Source: Bacteroidota bacterium (GTDB lineage Bacteria > Bacteroidota > Bacteroidia > Chitinophagales > Saprospiraceae). From it: a stretch of 64,000 nucleotides of DNA. Shown piece by piece: positions 55,601 through 64,000 of this stretch. The notes under the pieces are model-generated. The model ran no database searches. It worked only from the letters and a program-made list of their open reading frames with translations, and was not told the DNA's origin. The position numbers and the translations under genes were made by a program. Within the stretch, counting starts at the first letter, position 1, and each line of letters begins with the position of its first letter. The DNA is taken from positions 875 through 64,874 of the forward strand of contig JAFMDF010000014.1 of NCBI GenBank assembly GCA_017857395.1, written 5' to 3'.

Positions 55601-55728
55601 CACATAAAGACAATTCGACGATAAAATGGGTAGCCGCTCAATTTTTAGGTAAGCACAAAACGAAAGAAGAAATTCAAAAAGGAATAACAAAAGATTTAGC
55701 TTTAGTTACCAAAATTGCTGAATTATAA
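52624..55728 (+). CDS. DUF5107-domain protein with C-terminal TPR repeats
   Basis: 1034-aa ORF with a signal peptide. The N-terminal ~400 aa (GGKVWGAIEKSSGEEFIYRNEVMKFRNISMRGPWTSGGIEFNFG) match my memory of DUF5107. The C-terminal half has repeated TPR-like A/L/Y helices. Confidence 0.6.
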   Translation: MKNYLILSFFLLISIGLFAQKASIQEEKRTLKTYPFSDPDPVPILTDNAKIYPYFKYDGYSQEAQNQDWKVVKLENEYVEVFVTPEVGGKVWGAIEKSSGEEFIYRNEVMKFRNISMRGPWTSGGIEFNFGIIGHHPSTATPVDYVLQEHEDGSVSCTVGNIDLPSRTQWRVTIKLPKDKAAFETDALWYNPTSMNQSYYNWMTGAAPARSDFEFFTPGDELLKHSGEALPWPIDDMGRNLALYKENNFGPSKSYHVVGEYNDFFGGYYHDAKYGFGHWGEYEETPGQKLWLWALSRGGGIWEDLLTDTDGQYIEFQAGRQFLQYFPESHENPQTQANFEPYSVDTWREVWFPVKEIGGLSDVSENAVMNVAEADGILTIGLNSFIKTKANLTIRKDGKLFHEARLDLAPMEVFTKTYSIKGAENYSIHIPELDLHYTSNPDDLLIERPFHSTDIPAINSNEKLYKAGWEDMKYRLYTEAKEKFEKVLATDPFHINALLGMGELLYRQGLYEEGLVHANKALQLDTYHPKANYVAGILYRGKGDNLNAKEAFGWAARSMEFRSNAYAQMSELLLAEGQFDKAKKYAKKALDFNQYNLNAWQVSAISARQTADFKTAEEALNKIEKIDPINHFAKFERYLLSDNAADLAAYKTANRSELAYQTYLELAIDYFNKGQNNAAVKVLYAAPQHPMIDLWWVYIQKDSSSKYLTNIGELSPALVFPFRRETLAALEWGNKHNNNWKLQYYHALNLWGKDRKAEAANIMEAIGDTPDYAPFYLARANFLKDFAGKDPIVDLKKAHQLENNNWRTWMALINDNIDKKQWKEGLTIAEDAYEKFPENYAIGMKLAQILNENGRYNTSINLLDQIKVLPFEGASEGRLLYEKAHYWEALKQIEEQNYTAALSLLKKSKAWPENLGVGKPFNPDERIPNYLIAHCAQKIGNSKMTTKSMKAVATYTQNNLSLVTPNHLFGLKALQEIGGKDAAKTLLNTMLQTHKDNSTIKWVAAQFLGKHKTKEEIQKGITKDLALVTKIAEL

Positions 55729-55741
55729 ACAGACTTAATCC

Positions 55742-56290
55742 ATGAAAAGAAGAAATGCTTTAAAAAATATAACGGTAGCAGTAGGTGGTAGTTTAGTGCT
55801 ACCCGCTACCTTATTTTCTAGTTGCCAATCAGACGACTATCAACCACTTTTTTTCACAAAAAAGGACCTTGTTTTATTGAATGAAATGGGCGAAACGATT
55901 CTTCCTGAAACCAGTGATAGCCCTGGCGCTAAAGTTTTGAAAATTGCCAATTTTATGGATGTGTATGTGGCAGATTGTTATAAAGCGGAACAGCAAAAAA
56001 TAATACAAGAAGGATTAATAAAATTCCAAAAAGATTGTCAAGAAAAAGTAGAGAAGTCGTTTTTAAAAATGACTACTTTAGAAAAACATGAATGGTTAGT
56101 TGTTTTAGATAAAAGTGCAAGAGATAGCGAAACTACCCATTATTTTAGGCTATTAAAAAGCCTAGTCTTATTGAGTTATTTTACGGCGAAAGATGGTGCG
56201 ACCAAGGCATTAAGATATCTACCAATTCCGGGTAAATTTGAAGGCAATTATCCATTCCAACAAGGAGATAAAGCATGGGCATTAGGCTAG
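55742..56290 (+). CDS. Gluconate 2-dehydrogenase subunit 3-family protein (Tat-signal small partner of a GMC flavoprotein)
   Basis: 182-aa ORF starting MKRRNALKNITVAVGGSLVLPA. It lies immediately upstream of a GMC oxidoreductase, which is the usual pairing. Confidence 0.8.
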   Translation: MKRRNALKNITVAVGGSLVLPATLFSSCQSDDYQPLFFTKKDLVLLNEMGETILPETSDSPGAKVLKIANFMDVYVADCYKAEQQKIIQEGLIKFQKDCQEKVEKSFLKMTTLEKHEWLVVLDKSARDSETTHYFRLLKSLVLLSYFTAKDGATKALRYLPIPGKFEGNYPFQQGDKAWALG

Positions 56291-56338
56291 TTTTATCAAG
56301 TCTCCACAACATGGATTAATTAATAAAACCAACCAAAA

Positions 56339-58057
56339 ATGACTACCAACCAAAATACAGAAAAGACTCCCAATAATACTTTTGATGCCATCGTCATCGG
56401 GTCAGGAATAAGCGGCAGTTGGGCAGCCAAAGAACTCTGTGAAAAAGGGCTAAAAACCTTGGTATTAGAACGGGGTCGAGATGTGAAACATATCGGTGAT
56501 TATCCAACTGCATTCAGTAATCCTTGGGATTTCCCACATCGCTTGCATGAAACACAACAAATGCGAGCAGAAAATCCAGTTGTTTCTCGTTGTTATGCCT
56601 TTGACGAATCGACGGAGCATTTTTTTGTAAAAGATACGGAGCAACCTTATATCCAAGAAAAACCTTTTGATTGGATTCGAGGGTATCAAGTCGGTGGAAA
56701 ATCTTTGATTTGGGCTAGGCAAACGCAACGATGGAGTAAGTATGAATTTGAAAATCCTGCTAGAGATAAATATGCCATTCAATGGCCGATTGGCTATGAA
56801 GACATTGCAGATTGGTATACATACATAGAAAAATTTGTTGGTATTAGTGGTAATAAAGATGGTTTAGAAACCTTACCCGATGGTGATTTTTTACCGCCTT
56901 GGGAAATGAATGTAGTAGAAAGAGAAATCCAGCAGGACATCTTAAAAAAATATCCAGACCGACAGTTTATAATTGGTCGTTGTGCCCACTTAACCGAGCC
57001 CAAGGAAATTCACAAAGCACAAGGCAGAGGGCAATGTCAAGCGAGGAACTTATGCTATCGAGGTTGTCCTTATGGCGCTTATTTTAGTGCCAATGCTTCT
57101 ACTTTACCAAGGGCAGAACAAACAGGTAATTTAACTTTAAAAGCAGATTCAGTAGTACATTCTATTTTATACGACGATAAAGAAAAAAAGGCAGTAGGTG
57201 TCAAAGTCATCGACCGATTGACTAAAGAAGTTCGACATTATTATGCAAAAATCATCTTTGTAAATGCCGCAACGGAGAATACGAATCTGATTTTATTAAA
57301 TTCTACCTCCAAACGTTTTCCAAATGGTTTAGGCAATGATAATGGCCTGCTAGGAAAGTACATCGCTTTCCATAATTATCGAGGTTCTTTAACCGCCACT
57401 CGACCAGGAAATCAAGATAGTTATTATTTTGGACGGCGACCGACCGCTATTATGTTACCTAATTTTAGAAATGTTCAAGAACAAGACACCGACTTTTTAG
57501 GGGGCTACATGACTTTTTATACAGCGACCAGAAAAGGTTGGAATAGGGAAGTGGAAGGCGAACAAATTGGTGCAGTTTTTAAAGAAAAAATTTCCCAACC
57601 TGGCGAATGGTCAGTTTATATGATGATGCAAGGGGAAACGATTCCTAAACAAGAAAATCATATTAGACTAAGTACAGACAAAGTAGATGATTGGGGCATG
57701 CCACAATTAATTGCTTCGGTTGATTATGATGAAAATGATGAAAAGATATTGCATGACTTTTTCGTGGAAGGAGAGGCGATGTTAACCGCCGCAGGTTGTG
57801 AAAATATACAAAGAGGCGATAGTCGCCAAGCACCTGGTTTGGATATTCATGTGATGGGCGGTGTTCGTATGGGCAAGAACCCTAAAACTTCTTTATTGAA
57901 TCAATGGAATCAATTGCACCATTGCCCAAATGTTTTTGTAACGGACGGCGCTTGCATGACTTCTACAGGCGTGCAAAATCCTTCTTTGACTTATATGGCT
58001 TTGACGGCTCGGGCTGCTAATTATGCGGTGGAGGAATTGAAAGCTGGCAGAATTTAA
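56339..58057 (+). CDS. GMC-family FAD-dependent oxidoreductase
   Basis: 572-aa ORF with the FAD-binding motif FDAIVIGSGISGSWAAKEL and the C-terminal GMC motif FVTDGACMTSTGVQNPSLTYMALTARA. Confidence 0.85.
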   Translation: MTTNQNTEKTPNNTFDAIVIGSGISGSWAAKELCEKGLKTLVLERGRDVKHIGDYPTAFSNPWDFPHRLHETQQMRAENPVVSRCYAFDESTEHFFVKDTEQPYIQEKPFDWIRGYQVGGKSLIWARQTQRWSKYEFENPARDKYAIQWPIGYEDIADWYTYIEKFVGISGNKDGLETLPDGDFLPPWEMNVVEREIQQDILKKYPDRQFIIGRCAHLTEPKEIHKAQGRGQCQARNLCYRGCPYGAYFSANASTLPRAEQTGNLTLKADSVVHSILYDDKEKKAVGVKVIDRLTKEVRHYYAKIIFVNAATENTNLILLNSTSKRFPNGLGNDNGLLGKYIAFHNYRGSLTATRPGNQDSYYFGRRPTAIMLPNFRNVQEQDTDFLGGYMTFYTATRKGWNREVEGEQIGAVFKEKISQPGEWSVYMMMQGETIPKQENHIRLSTDKVDDWGMPQLIASVDYDENDEKILHDFFVEGEAMLTAAGCENIQRGDSRQAPGLDIHVMGGVRMGKNPKTSLLNQWNQLHHCPNVFVTDGACMTSTGVQNPSLTYMALTARAANYAVEELKAGRI

Positions 58058-58121
58058 GCGTTGTTGCTAATGATGTTAGATCAAATTTAAAGTGACAGGT
58101 AAACAAAAAGAACCTATTTAA

Positions 58122-58170
58122 ATCCGTTGTAGCAAAAAACTGTATAACGGATAATTAAAGGACAACGGAT
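58122..58170. repeat. Hairpin repeat of the ATCCGT/ACGGAT family (second copy)
   Basis: ATCCGTTGT (58122-58130) pairs perfectly with ACAACGGAT (58162-58170). An extra partial copy, TAACGGATAAT, lies at 58144-58154. Confidence 0.65.
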
Positions 58171-58212
58171 ATTACGAGTTAGGTAATAGCTTAGATAATA
58201 AAATAGTATTAT

Positions 58213-60078
58213 ATGAAAACCGCTTTTTTCCTTTTAATAACTTTGGTTAGCTTATTAGCTTGTTCAAATCCAAAATTAGAAGATGTCGTTGATGTTTTAG
58301 TAATCGGCGAGGGGACAGGTGCAACAACCGCCGCTATCCAAGCTGCCCGAAGCGGAGCTAAAACGACTTTAGTCACCCCAATTTCGTGGCTAGGCGGCAT
58401 GATGACTGCCGCAGGTGTGAGTGCCACCGATGGCAATCATCAACTACCAGCAGGATTATGGGGAGAATTTAGAGATTCGCTTAGACAACATTATGGTGGA
58501 ACAGATTCCTTGTTTACAGGTTGGGTAAGCAATACTATGTTTGAGCCGAAAATTGGTGATTATTATTGGAAACAAATAGCTAAAAAAGAAGACAATTTGA
58601 AGATTATTTATGACACTCGATTTAAAACAATCGTCCGAGAATTTGACTTATGGACAGGGCATTTTGAAGACGGAGCTGGTACAAAAAAAATTACAGCAAG
58701 AGTAGCGATTGATGGAACAGATTTAGGCGATGTAGCAGCCAAAGCAGGGGCAACTTTTGATATTGGCATGGATAGTCGCAACGAAACAGGAGAAAGTATG
58801 GCGTCCGAAAAAGCCAACGATATTTTACAAGATCTAACTTATGCGGCGATTCTACAAGATTTTGGACAAGGAGTGAATAAAACAATTCCAAAACCTGCCA
58901 ATTATGACCCTAGTCAATTTGATTGTGCCTGCCAACAAAATTGCCGTGATACAACGGTAACGACTACGGTGCATCCTTGCGAAACAATGCTAAATTATGG
59001 AAAACTACCCAATGGTAAATACATGATTAATTGGCCCTTAAAAGGGAATGATTATTACGCCAATTTGATTGATAAAACGGAGGGAGAACGTAAAGCAATT
59101 CTCGAAAAAGCCAAGAATAAAACCTTACAATTTATCTATTACATCCAAACAGAATTGGGCTACCCACATTTAGGGATTGCGGCAGCTGAATTTCCGACAG
59201 TAGATGGCTTACCCTTAATGCCTTATCATCGAGAAGGGCGACGAATGCACGGTTTAGTGCAAATGAATGTAAATCATATTTTGCATCCTTATAATTTTCC
59301 GCTTTATCGAACAGGGATTGCTGTTGGCGATTATCCGATAGACCATCATCATTTTGAATATCCAGATGCACCCGAAATTGACTTCCCCAAAGTGCCTTCT
59401 TTTAGTATTCCCCTTGGAAGTCTAATTCCTGAGAATGTGGATAATTTATTGATTGCGGACAAGGCTATTTCTGTAACTAATATTGTTAATGGTTCTTCCC
59501 GCTTGCAGCCAGTTATTGTGCAGATTGGACAGATAGCAGGATTGGTCGGTGCTATTTCTGCACAAACAGGAACACCGCCTAAAGAGTTGGATGTTAGATT
59601 TGTACAGCAAAAAGTATTAGAATTTGGTGGCTATTTAATGCCTTTTATAGATGTGAAACCTAGTCATCCTTATTTTATTAGCATTCACAAAATTGGCGCA
59701 ACTGGTTTATTAAAAGGACATGGCGTTCCTTATAAATGGGCGAATCAAACTTGGTTTTATCCAGATAGTACCATTCAAACAACTGTTTTTTATGAAAATA
59801 TAAAAAGGTATGATTCGACTTTTAAATGGCAGGCAAAGCCAAATGAATTATTGACCATTGCCATAACTTTTGATTTATTATTTGAATGGATAAAAACGGA
59901 GCACGGAGAAATGTATGGAAATAAAAGAGCGTTCAAAGAGAAAATAAAGACTAATTGGGAAAACGATAATTTTGATATTAATCGACCTATTACAAGAACA
60001 GAATTGGCGGTACTTTTAGACCAATATATTCATCCTTTTAAGCGGAGTATAGACATGAAAGGAAATTGGAAAGAATGA
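58213..60078 (+). CDS. FAD-dependent oxidoreductase (PF12831-like), lipoprotein-type N-terminus
   Basis: 621-aa ORF with LVSLLACSNP near the N-terminus. The dinucleotide-binding region is DVLVIGEGTGATTAAIQAARSGAKTTLV...GGMMTAAGVSATDG. Confidence 0.7.
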   Translation: MKTAFFLLITLVSLLACSNPKLEDVVDVLVIGEGTGATTAAIQAARSGAKTTLVTPISWLGGMMTAAGVSATDGNHQLPAGLWGEFRDSLRQHYGGTDSLFTGWVSNTMFEPKIGDYYWKQIAKKEDNLKIIYDTRFKTIVREFDLWTGHFEDGAGTKKITARVAIDGTDLGDVAAKAGATFDIGMDSRNETGESMASEKANDILQDLTYAAILQDFGQGVNKTIPKPANYDPSQFDCACQQNCRDTTVTTTVHPCETMLNYGKLPNGKYMINWPLKGNDYYANLIDKTEGERKAILEKAKNKTLQFIYYIQTELGYPHLGIAAAEFPTVDGLPLMPYHREGRRMHGLVQMNVNHILHPYNFPLYRTGIAVGDYPIDHHHFEYPDAPEIDFPKVPSFSIPLGSLIPENVDNLLIADKAISVTNIVNGSSRLQPVIVQIGQIAGLVGAISAQTGTPPKELDVRFVQQKVLEFGGYLMPFIDVKPSHPYFISIHKIGATGLLKGHGVPYKWANQTWFYPDSTIQTTVFYENIKRYDSTFKWQAKPNELLTIAITFDLLFEWIKTEHGEMYGNKRAFKEKIKTNWENDNFDINRPITRTELAVLLDQYIHPFKRSIDMKGNWKE

Positions 60079-60080
60079 AT

Positions 60081-60126
60081 TTGTCAGTTATCGGTTGAGT
60101 AGAAAGGGACAACCGATAACTGACAA
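60081..60126. terminator. Bidirectional stem-loop between convergent genes
   Basis: Perfect 17-bp inverted repeat, TTGTCAGTTATCGGTTG (60081-60097) and CAACCGATAACTGACAA (60110-60126), with a 12-nt loop. It lies between the stops at 60078 (+) and 60135 (-). Confidence 0.7.
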
Positions 60127-60134
60127 CTAAAACT

Positions 60135-60614
60135 TTAGTCTTTAACCAAAGTCACTTCCGACATTCCATACATCAAGCGATTAATATCATCTGCATTCAA
60201 TTCTAATTTCCCTTTAATCGTTACCGCTTCGGCAGTATATTCGATAGCTTCTTTAGAAAAAACTTCCATGACTGTTTCTGGCCCTGCGCCGCCACAAAAG
60301 AAACACATGTTATAAGGAAAAGCAGAAAAGATGAATTCTTTATGACTTTTATAACCTTCTACAGGAATAATATACCCTTTAATCGTCACTTCTTTTCCTT
60401 CCAAGGCTTTAATGTCTTTGCTAAAAACAGGCACATCAATTTTGAAGCCCATCAATTCATCATACTCTTTTTTAAAAGTAATTTTAGCCAACGTTTTCCA
60501 CATATTTGGCGCTTTGGTTTCTTTAGCGACTGTAGTAGGTGGTACGGAATCTTGTGCTTGTATGCCCGTTGCCGTAAAAACAGCTAAAAGGGCGAATAAA
60601 AATAATTTTTTCAT
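60135..60614 (-). CDS. Hypothetical secreted protein (possibly DUF3299-like)
   Basis: 159-aa ORF with signal peptide MKKLFLFALLAVFTATGIQAQ. VTIKGYIIPVEG...FIFSAFPYNMCFFCGGAGPETVMEV loosely recalls DUF3299. Confidence 0.55.
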   Translation of the reverse strand: MKKLFLFALLAVFTATGIQAQDSVPPTTVAKETKAPNMWKTLAKITFKKEYDELMGFKIDVPVFSKDIKALEGKEVTIKGYIIPVEGYKSHKEFIFSAFPYNMCFFCGGAGPETVMEVFSKEAIEYTAEAVTIKGKLELNADDINRLMYGMSEVTLVKD

Positions 60615-60753
60615 TTATCGACTTTATTTAATTGTAATTTAATGAATGATTGTTTCCTCCTTATGACCCTAACAAACGAACACAAGGTACAGTTTTAGTC
60701 TAGGTAAAACTTTTAAAAAGCTGTTAAAGTTTTGAAAAAGGGGTGTTTTGATG

Positions 60754-60847
60754 GGTATAAAGGTGCAAAGATATAAAGATACAAAGGGAAATGGCGCATT
60801 ATTGATGCCTTTAGAAGGTTCTATCCTTATGTCTTTCTACCTTGTAG
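60754..60847. repeat. Imperfect hairpin of the GGTATAAAGG family
   Basis: GGTATAAAGGTGCAAAGATATAAAGATACAAAGGG (60754-60788) begins with the same word as 16637-16655. The opposing arm CCTTATGTCTTTCTACCTTGTAG (60825-60847) pairs about 15/19. Confidence 0.5.
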
Positions 60848-61070
60848 TCGCTATCATTTTGCCAACTTTTGTCCTTTTATCCAATAAATGGTTAAATAGA
60901 TACCGTTTCTCTTATCCAGTTCGTTATCTTTACAAAAGTAAAATAGCGCAATGGCACCATCAAAAAAGTTTAGAAAAACATGAAACTTATTTGAATAATT
61001 AGGGCAAATGAAAAATCGTTTTTACAATAGTATAACTACCTGAAAAAAGTTAAAAACTTTTAAAATATTG

Positions 61071-61093
61071 GTTTGAAGTTGAAAACTTCAAAC
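61071..61093. repeat. Perfect 10-bp stem / 3-nt loop hairpin
   Basis: GTTTGAAGTT-GAA-AACTTCAAAC. The word GAAGTTGAA recurs in the hexamer array 50 bp downstream. Confidence 0.8.
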
Positions 61094-61140
61094 ATCGAGC
61101 ATTGTTTTTTAAGGAGTGACATATTATGATTTTTATTTTT

Positions 61141-61200
61141 AGATTGCCATTGAAGTTGAAGTTGAAGTTGAGATTGAAATTGCCATTGAGATTGTATTTG
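61141..61200 (+). repeat. Tandem hexamer array (NNNTTG)x10
   Basis: Read directly: agattg ccattg aagttg aagttg aagttg agattg aaattg ccattg agattg tatttg. Confidence 0.9.
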
Positions 61201-61243
61201 AAGTCTTATAGGGGTTTATCCATTAAAGTACCATCACCAAGAT

Positions 61244-62719
61244 ATGAAGAAGTATTTATTTTTTAGTTTATGCTTAATTGTCAGTTGCCAAGTAGCAGAA
61301 GATTTAGAGACAACGGATTATGCACCAGAATTTGCTATTCCCGTTATTACGGATGCCTCGGTTTCCTTTATCGAATTATGGGAAAATAATAGTCCCGAAG
61401 GACAATCCTTAGTAGTTGGACCAGATGGGAATTTAGTTTTTAAATATGAAAGTGAACCTGTGGAAGTATCTACGCTAGATGTTTTAGGGGCATTAGATTT
61501 TCCTGTCGTATCTGGCTTGACAGATACCATTTCGATATTACCTTTTGTCTTACCAGCGAATATTGTGATTGAAAGAGCGACTATATCAGCAGGATTTGTG
61601 GTCTTTCAATTTCAACCGATAGCGGACAAATTAGTAAATATTACCTTTACGCTTCCAGATATTAAACTAAACGGTCAACCTTTGGAAATCGAAACCAATG
61701 GATTTACAGGAATAACGCCATCGGTTAGTTTAATAGGCTATACTTTCGAACCACAAGGGAACGAATTGGAAATTAGCTATATGGCTACAGATGTGGATGG
61801 GAATCGAGTTGTTTTAGAAAAAGCAGGGGTCATCGCTCGACCTACCTTACAGTTTGTATCGGGAACTTGGGGGAGAGAAGAATTTCAATTGCCGTCAACT
61901 ACGGTTTCTATAGACCTTTATGATGAACGATTCTTAAATGGTAATTTACGGTTCTCTCAACCGACTATTACGGCAAATATTGAAAGTTCCTTTGGTGTAC
62001 CAATTCGTTCTAGGGTAGATATTTTAAATGCCCGAACGAAGACAGGATGGAAAATGGACATTGACGCTTCGGCGATTGATGGGGTCGATATTAATTACCC
62101 ACTTTTGGCAGAACGAGGCATCAGTAAAGAAACTACGCTCCAATTAGATTATACTAATTCCAATATTGTAGAAGTATTTGACACCCAACCAACTGAATTA
62201 GAATATGGTTTAACGGCTATTGCGAACCCAGAAGATGATCAAAATTTAACGGTTTTTGTAGAAGATACGAGTACTTTTAAAGCTCAAGTAACTGTTGAAG
62301 TACCTGTTGTTGGGCGAGCAGCTAGTTTTACAGCGACAGAAAATTTTGAAGTGCCTTTTGAAGATATTGAGGTGGTTTCCGAAGGAGAATTTAAATTGAT
62401 TGTGGAAAATGAATTACCTATTGGTGCAATCTTACAATTCTACTTTCTAAAAGGTAATAAGTTGATTCTTGATTCCCTTTTTCAGGAAATACCACAATTA
62501 ATAGCACCCGCCAATATTAACGATAACGGGAATGTAACTCAAGCGATTGAAACGACGACTTTTATTCCTATTGCTGCTGCAAAGATGCAAAACATCATCA
62601 AGGGTGACCAAGTACAAGTGAAAGTAACATTCCAAACGGCTGGAAATGGGGTACAAGATGTGACGGTTAAAGCTGATCAGACGATTAATTTTAGAATGGG
62701 TTTGCGATTTAAGCTTTGA
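61244..62719 (+). CDS. Hypothetical lipoprotein
   Basis: 491-aa ORF with lipobox-like CLIVSCQV. I recognise no family. Confidence 0.6.
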   Translation: MKKYLFFSLCLIVSCQVAEDLETTDYAPEFAIPVITDASVSFIELWENNSPEGQSLVVGPDGNLVFKYESEPVEVSTLDVLGALDFPVVSGLTDTISILPFVLPANIVIERATISAGFVVFQFQPIADKLVNITFTLPDIKLNGQPLEIETNGFTGITPSVSLIGYTFEPQGNELEISYMATDVDGNRVVLEKAGVIARPTLQFVSGTWGREEFQLPSTTVSIDLYDERFLNGNLRFSQPTITANIESSFGVPIRSRVDILNARTKTGWKMDIDASAIDGVDINYPLLAERGISKETTLQLDYTNSNIVEVFDTQPTELEYGLTAIANPEDDQNLTVFVEDTSTFKAQVTVEVPVVGRAASFTATENFEVPFEDIEVVSEGEFKLIVENELPIGAILQFYFLKGNKLILDSLFQEIPQLIAPANINDNGNVTQAIETTTFIPIAAAKMQNIIKGDQVQVKVTFQTAGNGVQDVTVKADQTINFRMGLRFKL

Positions 62720-62942
62720 TAAGAACAGGTTTAATTTCCCAACGGATACGAACTTCTATCAAATCTTAACCTAAATGTGGTCAAAAGAAATCCTTGCCAT
62801 TTAGGCAAATTTATTCGAGCCAATAAATCCGCACAACAGCAGTTATTATTTCACAATATACAAAAATGTAAGTAAAGACAATAAAAAAACGGCTGAAAAC
62901 CCGAAGACCCCCAACCGCTATAACGTGTTTAAATTTTATTAC

Positions 62943-64000
62943 TTACCACCCAGGCACTATATTCAATCCAAACACGACCTGTGTTTCTTTTTGTATCGGA
63001 ACTGCCCAATAAGGTTCTAAAATTAAAGCACCAAATAAATTGACTCTTACGGATGCTCCTGCACTCATGACAGGTTTCACCGTAAAGGTTGAAACACCTT
63101 CACTATTATTCCCAAATTGGTCAAATGAATCCCAAGCCATTCCTGCATCAAAGAAGAAATTCAAATCAGTCAATAAAAATTTTGATTTAAATAAAGCCAA
63201 CTGTTCTGGTCCTGTAAAAGGAATTCTAATTTCAAAGTTGGTGACAAACATTTTATCACCGACAAAATTTCTGGAAGATAAATTATTCGCATCCGTTACT
63301 GGATTTTGCCCATATCCATATCCCCGAACATACCAAGGATATGCTACATTATTAATCGCTCCTAAAGTATTCGTATTTTCTCCATATCGTCCATAATGCA
63401 AAGCTCTGAAAGCCAAACTAAATGGTTTGATATACTTATAAACTCTAGCATCAATTGTTACGCCTGTAAAATTTAAGTCGCCAAAATTTTGGTCCACGCC
63501 AATTCGATACCGATACCCTTGCAACGGTGCAGTTAAGCCCGAATAAGAATTATCGCCGACCAAAGCGGCATTGATGTTAAAGAAATTAATGCCCGGTCGA
63601 GTAGGCAATTTTTCTCGATCAGATTGTGTAATTGGATTCCCAAAATCATCTGTATATAAACTATATTGGTCGGTTCGGAAACCGTAATGCGTTAGTGCAG
63701 AACCAATTTCAAATCGTTTGGTAGTCGAAAAAGGTAATTGTAGAAAAACACTTGCTTTATCTTCAAACAATCGCTGTGTTTGTACTAAATATTCTTGCGC
63801 TTCAAAAGTCTGATTTTCGCCAATTTGCAAAGTTTCTGTTCCATTATAGCCAATACCCCCAAAACGATAAGGGGTATGAGATAAACTACCGCCCCAATAA
63901 AATCGACCTTTTTTATTCAGATAAGCGACCGTTCCACCAAAATCATAAATTTCTCCATTCAATCTTGCCCCTGTATATAATTGATGATTGCCTAAAATAT
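62943..64000 (-). CDS. Outer-membrane beta-barrel protein, C-terminal part (5' end beyond the window end); Omp85/BamA-like barrel is a guess
   Basis: The track starts it at a TTG at 63962, but my hand translation upstream (…ILGNHQLYTGARL-NGEIYDF…) stays open to 64000. It shows an alternating aromatic/Gly beta-strand pattern and ends ...VVFGLNIVPGW. Confidence 0.5.
   Translation of the reverse strand, partial: ILGNHQLYTGARLNGEIYDFGGTVAYLNKKGRFYWGGSLSHTPYRFGGIGYNGTETLQIGENQTFEAQEYLVQTQRLFEDKASVFLQLPFSTTKRFEIGSALTHYGFRTDQYSLYTDDFGNPITQSDREKLPTRPGINFFNINAALVGDNSYSGLTAPLQGYRYRIGVDQNFGDLNFTGVTIDARVYKYIKPFSLAFRALHYGRYGENTNTLGAINNVAYPWYVRGYGYGQNPVTDANNLSSRNFVGDKMFVTNFEIRIPFTGPEQLALFKSKFLLTDLNFFFDAGMAWDSFDQFGNNSEGVSTFTVKPVMSAGASVRVNLFGALILEPYWAVPIQKETQVVFGLNIVPGW

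Noticed and set aside
1-64000. rRNA, tRNA, tmRNA, CRISPR, transposase/integrase, prophage, toxin-antitoxin or known defence-system genes
   Set aside because: I scanned all intergenic gaps over 90 bp and all ORFs over 60 aa by eye. I found no cloverleaf-like tRNA sequence, no rRNA-like conserved blocks, no recombinase, nuclease or NTPase signatures, and no regularly spaced repeats.

Overview
This 64-kb chromosomal segment reads as Bacteroidota: it has a SusC/SusD pair, a TonB-dependent receptor with DUF4249, a T9SS type-B sorting domain, SprB-type repeats, a TAnnTTTG-type promoter box and AT-rich spacers. I can support about 41 protein-coding genes. I see no rRNA or tRNA, no CRISPR, no transposase, integrase or phage genes, and no recognisable defence genes. 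The content is nutrient acquisition and catabolism, in these blocks. (1) 1.5-17.5 kb is a PUL-like locus: two CRTAC1/ASPIC-UnbV FG-GAP paralogs bracket DUF3179-SusC-SusD, followed by an EEP phosphoesterase, an RraA-type aldolase-like protein and an SDR. (2) 17.5-23.4 kb (minus) holds an STN-type TonB receptor, DUF4249 and an unknown protein. (3) 23.6-35.3 kb (plus) holds an enolase-superfamily enzyme, an NTF2-RidA fusion, a creatininase-family amidase, a CBM9-like lipoprotein, a Na+/solute symporter, an SDR and three Tat-signal Gfo/Idh/MocA oxidoreductases. (4) 35.3-43.3 kb (minus) is a tightly packed seven-gene operon: two ceramidase-like amidases, an M19 dipeptidase, a 3-hydroxyacyl dehydrogenase, a class-III aminotransferase, a D-Thr-aldolase/D-Ser-dehydratase-like PLP enzyme and RidA. 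(5) The remainder holds an SGNH esterase, L-serine dehydratase, a T9SS adhesin, and DUF5107-TPR with a Tat-partner/GMC flavoprotein pair and an FAD oxidoreductase. I did not find a convincing new defence- or mobility-type multi-gene system. The leads most worth a second look are mainly at nucleotide level: (a) a CG-centred palindrome TGTGTnCGnACACA, seen by eye only upstream of susC (two copies) and of the enolase operon (one perfect copy abutting a -7 box); (b) a 5x heptanucleotide repeat inside one CRTAC1-like gene, which would shift the frame on slippage; (c) at least five families of dispersed, low-complexity (7-8 nt period) hairpin repeats confined to intergenic DNA, one with MITE-like terminal inverted repeats; (d) mutually exclusive hairpins in the leader of the 43.3-kb operon; (e) a 10x NNNTTG hexamer array that could encode an (X-Leu)n peptide. 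All family calls rest on motifs read from the supplied translations and on memory of those families. No database search was run.
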